Source of the DNA: a virus
DNA: 64,000 bases
Strand: one strand, 5' to 3'
Virus record (IMG/VR): IMGVR_UViG_3300010883_000007
Location: 40,453-104,452 of that record
Shown here: in pieces, positions 55,847 through 64,000 of the stretch
Position numbering within the stretch: position 1 is the first letter of the stretch
How the letters are laid out: each line of letters opens with the position of its first letter
Made by a program: the position numbers and the translations under genes
The notes under the pieces: model-generated
Database searches by the model: none
What the model was told of the DNA's origin: nothing
What the model saw: the letters and a program-made list of their open reading frames with translations, nothing else

Positions 55847-56821
55847 CTACAGCTCGAATGTCTTGATTGGTCCTTTTCGATAGTCATGTGTCATAAAATC
55901 ATGTAGCAAGGTTCCCTCGTAAGCATCGATCTCCTCAGGACTCAATCGGCCAAGGGCCTTTTGCCAATCCCTATTGAACCCCCACTTCTCCTCCCACCTG
56001 GGATAGTGTCTATCATGAGATGAGAAGTGAACCCTGTCACCGGACTTTGCTGCAAAAAAGGAGTTGGCAGGAATCTGGTACTTCGATTTCAGATCCTGGT
56101 CGTGATACACATAGAAATCTCCCAGGGTCACATTGTAGACACCCGCTTTGAGGAACTGTAGGCATACATCGTCTCCCCAGCAGAAGTGGTGGAACCACTC
56201 ATCGGTCTCAATATGCTCTGTGTAGGTGTCAACATTGATCATCAGGTTCATATCAACAACACTCTCAACAGCAATATTCTTTCCCCACACATTCCAGAGC
56301 ATGGAGAAATCGCTGGGTCTGTACCAACCTGCGCCGGGGACTCTGGTGAGCACTGCTCGTCCCATCACACCACAGTAGACACCCTCCATGGAGCGGGTCT
56401 GGAACTGCTTCTCTGACATCGTGTACTTCTTCCATATTGTGTTGAAGCCCACAGCACCAAACTGGTCGAGGGAGCCTGTGGCTATCTTGTCGGAAAGCTT
56501 TCTAAGCATCCCCTCTGTCATTGGATAACAGTCATGAGTCAACCAGTACACGTACTTACAATTGGGAAAGCTTTCTTTAGCTATCCTGATTGCTGTTGCC
56601 GCGGCGCAGTGCAGGCCTCGTCCTGAATTCTCTGTGAAAATGATGTCATTCTCCTCACAGATCTTTCTTCCCAGCACCTGCTGCTCTGGTGATGAACCAT
56701 CATCCACGTTGATCAACGAAAATCCGGAGAGATCGACATTCTTGAGAACTTCCCCGGAGAGCATCTCATAGTTGTTTCTCGAGGAGATGTAGATCACCAT
56801 GTTGGCGTCGCTACTCATCAA
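55847..56821 (-). CDS. glycosyltransferase, GT2/GT-A
   Basis: YISSRNN, NVDDGS, THD, GDD.CL, YH, KW. Confidence 0.75.
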   Translation of the reverse strand: MMSSDANMVIYISSRNNYEMLSGEVLKNVDLSGFSLINVDDGSSPEQQVLGRKICEENDIIFTENSGRGLHCAAATAIRIAKESFPNCKYVYWLTHDCYPMTEGMLRKLSDKIATGSLDQFGAVGFNTIWKKYTMSEKQFQTRSMEGVYCGVMGRAVLTRVPGAGWYRPSDFSMLWNVWGKNIAVESVVDMNLMINVDTYTEHIETDEWFHHFCWGDDVCLQFLKAGVYNVTLGDFYVYHDQDLKSKYQIPANSFFAAKSGDRVHFSSHDRHYPRWEEKWGFNRDWQKALGRLSPEEIDAYEGTLLHDFMTHDYRKGPIKTFEL

Positions 56822-57626
56822 CTGTCTCCACAGTCAGTGTCTCTAGACCTACGTTGTAGAGACACTGAAATATCTCACAACCACAGTCCATAGCATGCTT
56901 GTCTGGGTGCTCGTACTGGGCTATCCTTCCCATTAACTGATCGTTTGTGGGAAGGTCACCGCAGATTCTCATTCCTGTCTCGTAGAACTCAATCATGTGC
57001 TCGGCCTCACCAATAACACAACCGACATTCATATGTCGATATCTCGTGCCGTGATGCTCTGCCATCTTGAGATCTCGCGCGGTCAGTTTGTGCACATAGT
57101 CGTCGAGTACGGGATGGTGAACGTACTTGGGCAGATCGAATCGAGGCCAGTTGTTGTCTTCCGTGCACCACGAGGACTTGTGACTTGAGAACTTTTCGAT
57201 GTGTTCCTCCAGAATATCATTTGGGTGCTTCAAGAAAACAACGTCACCTGCATCCATGGCCATGATGTACTTTGTGTTTATCTCACCTGACTTGAGAGCC
57301 TTGAGAGTCTCGTATGCTTTAGCCTTGGATGCTTCCCAGAAGGCAGTGATATGACTTGGCCATGGAAGCAACTTTATGGGTACACCAAACTTCTCACAGG
57401 ACTCCTCGAGGACAGTCACTGTGTTTGCGTACTTTCCACCCTTCCATGTTACAATTGTCAGGTCATCCCTTAACGGCTTCTGCTCTGGGCTGGAAGCTCT
57501 GAACTGCCTCATGATTTCTGGCCAGGAATCAGCGAAGGGCTTTCCAGCCTTCTTCGCCATTCCGTTTGCGTGTATGACAGTAGGTGTTGTTCCTGTCTCT
57601 CGATTTGTTACTCTAACGTAGCTCAC
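56811..57626 (-). CDS. PLOD/procollagen glycosyltransferase-like GT-A protein, apparently circularly permuted
   Basis: MDAGD, E.NNWP, HMNVG.IG, NDQL, D..CEIFQCL. The HxNG motif is at the N-terminus instead of the C-terminus. Confidence 0.7.
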   Translation of the reverse strand: MSYVRVTNRETGTTPTVIHANGMAKKAGKPFADSWPEIMRQFRASSPEQKPLRDDLTIVTWKGGKYANTVTVLEESCEKFGVPIKLLPWPSHITAFWEASKAKAYETLKALKSGEINTKYIMAMDAGDVVFLKHPNDILEEHIEKFSSHKSSWCTEDNNWPRFDLPKYVHHPVLDDYVHKLTARDLKMAEHHGTRYRHMNVGCVIGEAEHMIEFYETGMRICGDLPTNDQLMGRIAQYEHPDKHAMDCGCEIFQCLYNVGLETLTVETVDE

Positions 57627-58746
57627 TTATAGTCTCCTCAATTCCTCTAATGAATGCCTGTGTTGATGTAAATGTGCTTCCACCTTCAATAGCAGGCTCT
57701 AAAAATTCTCTTCGGGCAGCCGGGTCTAGCGGATTTAGCCACTCGCTGTAATCGTCACCCAGGGATACGACCCCCGGATAGTCTCGAAAGTTTCCCACAT
57801 AACCCAATTCCTCAAATATCACTGTAGGAACTGACATTTGTATCGGTTTGAATGCGACAGTCGACCCATAGGTTAGGACACATGATGCTGAACCAAGCAT
57901 CTGGTTCTCATCTGGGTGGTCTGGAATGATGGTGTACATCAACCCCTTGGGTAGCGCTGCCTCAAGGGCTCTAATCTCCGCGACCAAGTCAGTGTCTATT
58001 CTGTGCTTTACCTTAAAAACCACGGGCTTGTTGAGCTTTTTCTGTAGCTCTAACAGGCGCATTGCCTCAAGGGCCTCTTTATCATATACACTGTTCCTAC
58101 CACACTCGAACTTATCCTGTGGGAGCTGATGCTTGAGTAGAAAGTTCGTGATCACCAGGATGTAGTCTGACTTTCTTCGGACGTCACTAAGCGCATCATT
58201 GCTAGGAATGCCGCCTAACAGAAAAAAATCCTCACAGCCCTCAGTAATGAGATCATCCCGATCATCGCTTCCAAACACGAACATCCTGTCAAAGAATCCC
58301 TTCTGACCGTGCCCATACCACTTCTTTCTTGATTTGAAGTTCATATTACCGTGGGCGTTGGCGATAACAGGCACTCCCAGATCATTACACCGCTGATACA
58401 CAGCTGCCTCAGCATTCTTATTCCTCGAGTCATCCATTACAACACACGCCACAGATTCCCAGTCGATAGTATCGTAGAGCTTATTCAAACCCTTTCGATA
58501 ACCCGGTGTTCCTATGTCCCGCTTAGATCTCAGTTTTGGTGAATCAAGGATTTTCATGAATCTCTTCTGATTCTCCTCAATATAGATCTGGTATCTATCC
58601 TTTGCTGCGTAGTCTGTGTGTTTGCTGGCCTGACCCAGATTCACCAGAGTGATATCATACTTGTCAGACATGTCGACAGCAGCTGTGATCATTCGTTCTG
58701 CCATTCTGTGGATTGTCGAGATAAACACCAGCTGCTCCTTACCCAC
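57613..58746 (-). CDS. GT-B transferase of capsule/sialyltransferase-like type
   Basis: AHG, D.MFVFG, G.P.ND, FKVKH, VLT.GSTVAF; located near neuA/neuB. Confidence 0.55.
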   Translation of the reverse strand: MGKEQLVFISTIHRMAERMITAAVDMSDKYDITLVNLGQASKHTDYAAKDRYQIYIEENQKRFMKILDSPKLRSKRDIGTPGYRKGLNKLYDTIDWESVACVVMDDSRNKNAEAAVYQRCNDLGVPVIANAHGNMNFKSRKKWYGHGQKGFFDRMFVFGSDDRDDLITEGCEDFFLLGGIPSNDALSDVRRKSDYILVITNFLLKHQLPQDKFECGRNSVYDKEALEAMRLLELQKKLNKPVVFKVKHRIDTDLVAEIRALEAALPKGLMYTIIPDHPDENQMLGSASCVLTYGSTVAFKPIQMSVPTVIFEELGYVGNFRDYPGVVSLGDDYSEWLNPLDPAARREFLEPAIEGGSTFTSTQAFIRGIEETISELR

Positions 58747-60387
58747 TTAGGCCTTCCTAGACACCAGTATTTCGTGCTCAGGAAAAAACAGGTAGTCAAT
58801 CTCTGTGCCGAGGAAACACTTCAGAGCATGTCTGGCATTCTCACAGATGGGTTCTCGATCATTAAAACTTGTGTTCAAGATTATTGGTACACCCGATTTC
58901 TTCCACCACACGTGGAGGAAATTATGGTACCACTCATTGTCTGCCTTCTTAACTGTCTGGAGTCTAGCTGTTCCATCACAGTGAACAACAGCCGGAACTA
59001 GTTTCATTCGTTCTTCCCTGAACTTTAGCACAAATTGCATGTAAGGACTCTCCTGATAGTCGACAAACCAGTCACTCACAGCCTCATCCAGAATAGATGG
59101 TGCAAACGGACGGAACCACTGCCTATGTTTCACCTTCTTATTAATGATGTCCTTCATATCCGAACTTCGTGGGTCAGCCAAGATACTCCTATTACCTAAG
59201 GCTCGTCGTCCTGACTCAGACCCCCCGTTAAAAACTGATACAATTTTTTGATCATCAAGAAGATCAACAACTCTGTCAATATTACAGCTCTCAACAGTGA
59301 TAGTTTCCTTGTGCTCCTCTAAAACTTCATCAATGTGATCCCTGTTCCAGGCCTCGCCGAGATAGGGTGTAATATTAGCATCCCACTTGATTCTCGGATT
59401 CTTGAGGGTCTGGTGCCACAAAATCTGTGCGGCCCCAATTGAGAGACCACCGTCGTAGGGAACAGGTGGGATGTATATGTCATCGATCCTGCCAGGGAAC
59501 CACTCCTTTATCTTTCCCATCGCGACAGAGTTCAGTGTCACGCCCCCCGAGAGACACAGATTTCTGATGTTGGGATATGCCTCGAGGACGCTTTTTAGGA
59601 GCTCCTTTATAAGCTCCTCAGTCGCCGACTGAAGGCCGGCTGCGAGGTCAAATATGTCCTGCTCTGACTGCTGACCTATTTGGGCCCAAGGATCCAAGTA
59701 CGGATGAACGGGATCCTTGCCTGGGACATAGGCACCCAGGGGTTGGCCTGGTGGCTTGAATCCCGCAGCAATCTTATCAACTGTGAGCATCTTCCAAAAG
59801 TCATCATGGTATTTCTTAGCATCACCAAAAGCAGCCATGGCCATGACTGAACCTTCCTGGCCTCCCAAGGGCCAGCCGTTCTGCAGCTTGAAGATGTATC
59901 GGGTCACTCGGGTCCAGACACCACCTATGTTTATCTCGGCCGGTGAGAAAACCCGAACCGGTGTGAGTTTCGTATCGTCGCCGAACCACACTGTGCACGC
60001 AGACTCTGCCCCTCCAGTATTCTCCACACCACCGCCATCCATCGTTATGACAACAGCCTGATTAAAGTTGCTAGAGTAGAACGCATTGGCTGCGTGAGCC
60101 TTGTGATGGGGAAAGACCCAAACCTTTCCTCCATTTTCGGCAACTATCTCTTCTAGCTTCTGGTAGCTCTCCTTGTACTGACTGACTTTAACCCGTGGGT
60201 GACATGTTGCCGCGTGGACAATCTGGCTGGCTTCCTCAGGCAGCCTCTCGAACAGAAGCTCTGCGGCATCTCCTTGGGGTGATTTTTCCCTGTTGTAACG
60301 CTCGAGTTCCGCGTGCACTGTGGGAACTCCATTCTCCAACACACAGAACGAGCAATCGTGTCCCGACCAGATACCTACAACCTTCAC
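58747..60387 (-). CDS. O-carbamoyltransferase (NodU/CmcH family)
   Basis: GHD, ERYNREK, HH.AHAA.AFY.S, DGGG, EG.VMAMA, SGGV.LN, D.G.SIGAA, GRRALGNRSILADP, RPFAP, HCDGTARLQTV, LNTSFN. Confidence 0.95.
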   Translation of the reverse strand: MKVVGIWSGHDCSFCVLENGVPTVHAELERYNREKSPQGDAAELLFERLPEEASQIVHAATCHPRVKVSQYKESYQKLEEIVAENGGKVWVFPHHKAHAANAFYSSNFNQAVVITMDGGGVENTGGAESACTVWFGDDTKLTPVRVFSPAEINIGGVWTRVTRYIFKLQNGWPLGGQEGSVMAMAAFGDAKKYHDDFWKMLTVDKIAAGFKPPGQPLGAYVPGKDPVHPYLDPWAQIGQQSEQDIFDLAAGLQSATEELIKELLKSVLEAYPNIRNLCLSGGVTLNSVAMGKIKEWFPGRIDDIYIPPVPYDGGLSIGAAQILWHQTLKNPRIKWDANITPYLGEAWNRDHIDEVLEEHKETITVESCNIDRVVDLLDDQKIVSVFNGGSESGRRALGNRSILADPRSSDMKDIINKKVKHRQWFRPFAPSILDEAVSDWFVDYQESPYMQFVLKFREERMKLVPAVVHCDGTARLQTVKKADNEWYHNFLHVWWKKSGVPIILNTSFNDREPICENARHALKCFLGTEIDYLFFPEHEILVSRKA

Positions 60388-61391
60388 TCTTCACCTCCAT
60401 CGGACTCGAGCCAGTCACCCAAGTAGTCATCTGTCTCTGAAATTATCTCCTGACTATGGGTAGTAGCTCCCGTCTCTATAACAACAGTAGGTCCTTGCTC
60501 CTTGACCAGATGCTGACCATACTTTAATTGATCACCATCTGGTTGCTTAGCGTACTCCCATCCGAGCGGCACAGCTACATCAATAAATCCTAGAACATCA
60601 TCTTGATCGAGGAGAAGTTCAACCTTCTCGTCTGTCATCATCTCGTAGTAGAGACCAGAGGGATCAGGCGGGGGTAGGTAGTGCCCGTAACGAATATTCT
60701 CCCTTATAAACGCATACCCACCTCTCGGGTCATTCCATACAGAAGGAAATACCGGAACCTGGCCTAAAACATTTTTGAGTGTATTAGGTGGGTATTTCTG
60801 GGTAATCAGTTTATCATAGTGATCCTCAGATCGGCCCCAGTTCTCCTGAACTTTCTCCCAATCTGTTGGATAAGAACCGAGGTTCCTAAAGACTTGTGCT
60901 TTGAACAGGCCTGTTGTTGGAAAGTGATTGTGTCTGTTCATCCAGTACTTTCTCTTTCCATCCGGGGATATAACAGGCTCAATACCCACAGTCCAATCAT
61001 TCAGAGTAGACTTTCGAACTGCACTAATACTCAGCGATAGAGCATTCATCTCTAAGAAGTCGCTGATGTAAGTCTGGATTAGCTGAGGTGTGCCGATAAA
61101 CTGGCTGTCATCCTGCATGAAGAGGATTACCTCTTTGGATGCCATCTCAATTAGCTTATTCCTGGCTATGTACTCATCGTTAATCCAGTCTCGGTCTCCT
61201 GTCCTAAGCTCTAGCTTGTCGAGCAGACAACCTTCTGCCTCAGTCAGATACTCAGAAAGTCCTGGCTCTGACGAGCAGTTGTCCACCAATACAATCTCTG
61301 CGCCGGCTGATCGCAGATCTTGCAGGCTATTAATCAGCGCCCTCGTGTAGAGGAGCCTATTACATGATGTAATTGCTATTGTTAATTCCAT
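60384..61391 (-). CDS. glycosyltransferase, GT2/GT-A
   Basis: IAITSCNR, LVDNCS, ARN, FMQDD, SED. Confidence 0.8.
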   Translation of the reverse strand: MELTIAITSCNRLLYTRALINSLQDLRSAGAEIVLVDNCSSEPGLSEYLTEAEGCLLDKLELRTGDRDWINDEYIARNKLIEMASKEVILFMQDDSQFIGTPQLIQTYISDFLEMNALSLSISAVRKSTLNDWTVGIEPVISPDGKRKYWMNRHNHFPTTGLFKAQVFRNLGSYPTDWEKVQENWGRSEDHYDKLITQKYPPNTLKNVLGQVPVFPSVWNDPRGGYAFIRENIRYGHYLPPPDPSGLYYEMMTDEKVELLLDQDDVLGFIDVAVPLGWEYAKQPDGDQLKYGQHLVKEQGPTVVIETGATTHSQEIISETDDYLGDWLESDGGEE

Positions 61392-61393
61392 TA

Positions 61394-61765
61394 CTAATCG
61401 CCCTTTTTTATTCTATGACTATCTTCATCAAAGTGTTGTGTTGAGAACTCAAAGAGCTCTGTATCTTCCAGCGCAATCATCTGATGTCGAAGTCCCCTAT
61501 AAACATGAAAGTTGTCCCCGGGTGTGAGTATAACTTCTCTTGCAGCATTTAGATCATCTCTGTTCGAGTACAGTACACGTATCCGCCCAGATTGGACATA
61601 AAAGACCTCATCCTTTAGCTCGTGGTAATGCCAGGAACACCGCTTTCCCTTAACAAAGTAGAGAAGCTTCCCACAGTATTCCTCACAGTTGACAATCCAC
61701 TTCTCAAATCCCCAACCCTTTGAGACAAACTTGATGGGTACTTCTACACTCTGGGACTTAGTCAC
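61394..61765 (-). CDS. cupin-domain protein (sugar isomerase-like)
   Basis: KGWG.E, SWHYH..KDEVFYV, H.M, E.ST...D..R. Confidence 0.85.
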   Translation of the reverse strand: MTKSQSVEVPIKFVSKGWGFEKWIVNCEEYCGKLLYFVKGKRCSWHYHELKDEVFYVQSGRIRVLYSNRDDLNAAREVILTPGDNFHVYRGLRHQMIALEDTELFEFSTQHFDEDSHRIKKGD

Positions 61766-62112
61766 TCGAAACTGCTCACTTCGAAAAAGCTCGTAGCATT
61801 AGTTCCCTTATCGTCGATGTATACATCTCCAGCAGGCTTACCGAGGATCAACTCATGGTGCTTAGCTCCCCACTCTGCTAGCTGGGATTTTGTCAACTCA
61901 TAAAAGAGCTCGTATGCCTCAGCGGTTTTCCCCTCAGTCCTTCCCATGCCGCGCGCAGTGAAATACACGATCGTGTGACCGGCATCATGCAGTAGGTTCA
62001 CATGTCGAATTCTATCTGGTATTGGAACTGCAGCTGCATAGTCATCAACACCGATCGGCTGCTCGCAAATTGTCCCGTCAATATCAATCACGAACTTAGA
62101 CACAAACTTCAC
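61762..62112 (-). CDS. HAD-superfamily phosphatase (capsule-biosynthesis phosphatase type)
   Basis: DIDGTI, FTARG, GKP.GDVYIDDK. Start uncertain (GTG at 62112 or 62103). Confidence 0.8.
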   Translation of the reverse strand: MKFVSKFVIDIDGTICEQPIGVDDYAAAVPIPDRIRHVNLLHDAGHTIVYFTARGMGRTEGKTAEAYELFYELTKSQLAEWGAKHHELILGKPAGDVYIDDKGTNATSFFEVSSFE

Positions 62113-62881
62113 GCTCAACCTCTTCCAATGAGACATTATACACACCCATGTGCCTCACGGAAATCCCTGCAGCAATATTGGCGTACACAATTGAGCTGCT
62201 CATGTCTCCCTGCGTCTGCAGATAACGAACAGCAAGCGCTGCCAGAAAAGTGTCGCCGGCTCCGCAGACATCAAATACCGGTGTCTCTCCAGCAGGAAAG
62301 TACTTGTCACCAAAGACAGCTCCCTTTCCACCCATTGTCACAATTAGTTGGTGATCAGATGGTAGTGCTGAAATTTCTCTGCTCTCTTTCTCGTTTATCT
62401 TAATAATACACTTCTCATAGGGTGTCAGGTCTGTCTTCTTGCTATCAACAAAGATGGGCCCAGGAAGTTTGGGCAGTATCTCACGTATCATTGCTGCAGA
62501 TAAGAATCCCTTATTGTAGTCAGATATCACAGTGGCATCGTATGTCTCTTCCTCTAGCGCAAGATCCACGAACTCCATGGTAAGTGACTCACATTGATCG
62601 TGAATGTCTACTCTAAGAATTTGTTGTCCGTATCTTGCGTCAACAATCCGCTCCTTGATTATCACCTCACTATTAGTGACCAGAATTGCCTCTGCCCCCA
62701 GTGCTTTGATGTTGAGGCTCACATTGGCTGCCATACCGGGCCGGCTTTCGCTATCAGTCTCTAGAAAAATCGGAACAGGCGCTTCAGCGCTTATTCGATC
62801 ACACCTTCCAAATCGATAGCGATCATCACAGGACTCACCTATGACTAGAATCTTGAATTGTCTTGGTTGTTGAGTATCCAT
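62096..62881 (-). CDS. rfaE1: heptose-7-phosphate kinase (RfaE/HldE domain I, PfkB family)
   Basis: RISAEAPVP, GMAANV, K.R, SDYNKG, VDSK, DVCGAGDTF. Confidence 0.85.
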   Translation of the reverse strand: MDTQQPRQFKILVIGESCDDRYRFGRCDRISAEAPVPIFLETDSESRPGMAANVSLNIKALGAEAILVTNSEVIIKERIVDARYGQQILRVDIHDQCESLTMEFVDLALEEETYDATVISDYNKGFLSAAMIREILPKLPGPIFVDSKKTDLTPYEKCIIKINEKESREISALPSDHQLIVTMGGKGAVFGDKYFPAGETPVFDVCGAGDTFLAALAVRYLQTQGDMSSSIVYANIAAGISVRHMGVYNVSLEEVEREVCV

Positions 62882-63242
62882 GGATGATGTCAAAAATTAC
62901 TACCTCAGCGAGGTGACAGCCCACAACCTGATCCTCTGCATAATCGCTACCCTTAACAATAGTATCAGGTAATAGATTTTGTATCAGTCTGAGTGGAGTT
63001 TTCTCGTAAAACACAATCACCTCATCAACAGATCTCAGCTCCTCGAGCATTGCTTTTCTATCTTCCTGAGTATTGAGAGGTCTCGTTGGACCCTTAATTA
63101 CACGAGTACTTGAGTCACTGTTAAGACCCACAATAACACGATCGCCCAGTGTTCTACAGAATTTGAGCAACTCGATATGACCTCGGTGGAGAACATCGAA
63201 GCACCCATTGGTGAAAACCACTGTCTCTTTCTGATCAGACAC
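62835..63242 (-). CDS. rfaE2: heptose-1-phosphate adenylyltransferase (RfaE/HldE domain II)
   Basis: VFTNGCFDVLHRGH, GLNSD.S, KG..RP, VKGSDY, YSTT. Confidence 0.9.
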   Translation of the reverse strand: MSDQKETVVFTNGCFDVLHRGHIELLKFCRTLGDRVIVGLNSDSSTRVIKGPTRPLNTQEDRKAMLEELRSVDEVIVFYEKTPLRLIQNLLPDTIVKGSDYAEDQVVGCHLAEVVIFDIIHGYSTTKTIQDSSHR

Positions 63243-64000
63243 TTTTCCTCAACTTCGCTCGAATTGCTTCTAGAATCTCCCTGGGATCGTGTGTATCAGC
63301 TTCAAGCTTACACTTGCTGCATAGCACTTTCATTCCACACGGGCCGTGGTCGGATCCGATCCAGATATTCGTATTGTTGGGATATCCTGACAAACCGGGG
63401 CTGTTGAATCCTGTAAAGACGATAACACTATCAGTTTCGACTGCAGTGGCACCGTGCATCAAACCGCCCTCACCGGATGTCAGCAGATCTGCTGCCTCGA
63501 TGACCAGACATGCTTCTCTAAAGGTCGTTTTTCCCAGGAGATCAATCACTCCTGTTAAGCGGTGTTCACTAGACGATAGGCCCACCTGAACCACAGTTAT
63601 CTCATCCTGAAGCTGATCGACTATCCATTGCCACTTCTCTGTCGGGTATTTCTTGTTGACTGTGTACTCATCGAAGGCCTGGGGCTCTACGACGATGAAT
63701 GGTCGGGGAACTCCCCTCAGGAGCTTTCTCACAGTTGATCGTTCCTCAGATGTGAAGTATATCTCACACCTCAGGTCTGGTTGAGGGACTCCATAAACCT
63801 CACAAATCTGTCCTATCATGTGTTTGTCACACCGAAGGACAGCACGCTGGGGAGTATCCTCCTTGCAGTAATTTGTGTGGGGATTGTTGAGCTGTAAAGG
63901 GAACACCAGTGTTGTCTCCTCGATGTTCTGTAGGATGTGTGGATTGCCCAGAAAAATGTCATCCTTAATAACCTTCATTAAGCCACCGGTGTACACCTCA
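63235..64000 (-). CDS. GT9 (heptosyltransferase-like) glycosyltransferase, probably 5'-truncated by window edge
   Basis: IF.GNPH, K.YP...W, VQVG, DLLGKTTFRE, EGGLMH.A.A; frame stays open to the edge. Confidence 0.8.
   Translation of the reverse strand, partial: EVYTGGLMKVIKDDIFLGNPHILQNIEETTLVFPLQLNNPHTNYCKEDTPQRAVLRCDKHMIGQICEVYGVPQPDLRCEIYFTSEERSTVRKLLRGVPRPFIVVEPQAFDEYTVNKKYPTEKWQWIVDQLQDEITVVQVGLSSSEHRLTGVIDLLGKTTFREACLVIEAADLLTSGEGGLMHGATAVETDSVIVFTGFNSPGLSGYPNNTNIWIGSDHGPCGMKVLCSKCKLEADTHDPREILEAIRAKLRKSV

Noticed and set aside
39-63589. Numerous plus-strand ORFs of 60-160 aa, and short minus-strand ORFs in alternative frames
   Set aside because: All overlap longer motif-bearing minus-strand genes and show no recognisable motifs; treated as shadow ORFs.
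1-64000. Eukaryotic giant virus origin (Mre11-Rad50 fusion, PLOD-like GT, NLS-like basic tracts)
   Set aside because: Shine-Dalgarno sites, overlapping operonic genes, a sigma factor, TOPRIM primase and contractile-tail baseplate genes indicate a tailed prokaryotic virus.
1-64000. Alternative genetic code (TAG or TGA reassigned)
   Set aside because: Conserved enzymes are uninterrupted under code 11, and TAG/TGA fall at natural C-termini followed closely by new starts.
1-64000. CRISPR arrays, tRNA/rRNA genes, IS elements
   Set aside because: Intergenic gaps are at most about 160 nt. No regularly spaced repeats, cloverleaf signatures or transposase motifs were seen by eye; a covariance search was not run.

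Overview
A 64-kb segment of a large tailed (myovirus-like, probably jumbo) bacteriophage genome. It has about 46 tightly packed genes, all on the minus strand, in standard code 11 and mostly with Shine-Dalgarno sites. In transcription order (right to left) there are four blocks. (i) A ~17.6-kb glycan biosynthesis block: GT9, split RfaE/HldE halves, HAD phosphatase, cupin, GT2s, carbamoyltransferase, GT-B transferase, PLOD-like GT, FkbM-like methyltransferase, NeuA, 2-hydroxyacid dehydrogenase, NeuB, UDP-sugar dehydrogenase, epimerase, a PD-(D/E)XK nuclease and two GT4s. (ii) A phage sigma factor. (iii) A ~40-kb baseplate/fibre module: gp5-like spike, gp25-like and gp6/J-like wedge proteins, DNRLRE, P2-gpI-like/LamG, 1051-, 3137- and 1227-aa mosaic proteins and collar-like proteins. 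(iv) RuvC-like resolvase, primase and a fused Mre11-Rad50. The most striking observation is a ~110-160-aa 'A.AT..F...GHNGKI...LTLTQ...GNT...FTGG' module present in about 17 copies in three virion genes. It is inserted inside LamG, reelin-like and beta-barrel domains and repeatedly inside other copies of itself (six nested pairs at different loops). Also notable are a strong [S/T]-G-S tripeptide enrichment in the virion proteins (candidate glycosylation sequon for the adjacent glycan cluster), a circularly permuted PLOD-type glycosyltransferase and two candidate promoter classes. All family calls come from motif recognition by eye; no database searches were run.
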